DNA from: the human T2T-CHM13v2.0 reference genome, Homo sapiens
Length of the DNA stretch: 64,000 nucleotides
NCBI RefSeq assembly: GCF_009914755.1
Contig: NC_060929.1
Direction: 5' to 3' (one strand)
Part shown: in pieces, positions 63,333-64,000 of the stretch
How positions within the stretch are numbered: the first letter of the stretch is position 1
Layout: each line of letters starts with the position of its first letter
Translations under genes and position numbers: made by a program
The notes under the pieces: model-generated
What the model was told of the DNA's origin: nothing
The model's database searches: none
What the model saw: only the letters and a program-made list of their open reading frames with translations

Positions 63333-64000
63333 AGAACACTTTTTTTCCATGGCATTAACCTGTAAGCAGTTCAGGAAGAGTACTAGGCTTTGGTAAATTT
63401 GAAAACAGTGGGCTAAATGCAAATAAACATCGTTGTACAAGCCCCTTCACTTCTGACTTATAATCTCTAAAATATTAATATATAATGTGAATCTCTGGGA
63501 GGAAATAGAGATATTCTTTTCCCAAACTTACTTGAATATAGAATTGTCCTGTTTGTTATATTTGTTTGTTATAGAATTATTTTGTTTTATGATGCATCCA
63601 CTGATATTTCCTAAACTTATATTTATGTGGAGCATAATTTGAGAAACCTTGGTCTAGAGAATTAAAAAAAGCCAAATTTAGCCATGTGGCAAATTTATCC
63701 ACTTTTGAAATAGCATATCAAATAGATAAATTAATGGATAGTGCAATTAGCATGAAGATAATGAAGGTGATGATGATTATGAATAAAACTTATTGAATGT
63801 TTACTATCTGCTAAGCACATGGTCTTATCTCATTTAACTTTAATGAGTCCCATTAAGATAGTTCAGGATTGAGAGACAATATATCCGAGATTTGATTTAC
63901 TCATAAAAGGGTTGAGCAGATCTGAGGTTAGCTAGATCTTAGTCCATAAGACTATTCTATATGCTTTCCTTTGAATTTTACAATTAGCACCAGGCATAGT

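Overview
This is primate (very probably human) non-genic or intronic DNA, AT-rich and dominated by transposable elements. I found no convincing host protein-coding exon, RNA gene or CRISPR array. The main structures are: (1) a 5.55-kb HERV-H provirus on the minus strand (1467-7017) with two LTR7-type LTRs, a perfect tRNA-His PBS and an AAATC target-site duplication (TSD); (2) a young AluYa-lineage insertion; (3) a near full-length L1PA4/5-type LINE-1 (minus) lying back-to-back, ~200 bp apart, with a full-length ancient L1MA2-type LINE-1 (plus) that carries nested Alu, THE1 and MADE1 insertions; (4) a deep stack of old L1 and MaLR fragments; (5) a full-length THE1 MaLR element; (6) an ancient ERVL/LTR33 remnant inserted in a MIR; (7) a young L1PA2/3 3' fragment. 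I see no firm evidence of a new biological system. The two best leads are a possible L1 antisense-promoter ORF0 splice fusion into an open, exon-like flanking segment, and a HERV-H whose 5' LTR keeps its promoter signals while the 3' LTR has lost its poly(A) signal. Subfamily names come from remembered diagnostic motifs, not from a database search.
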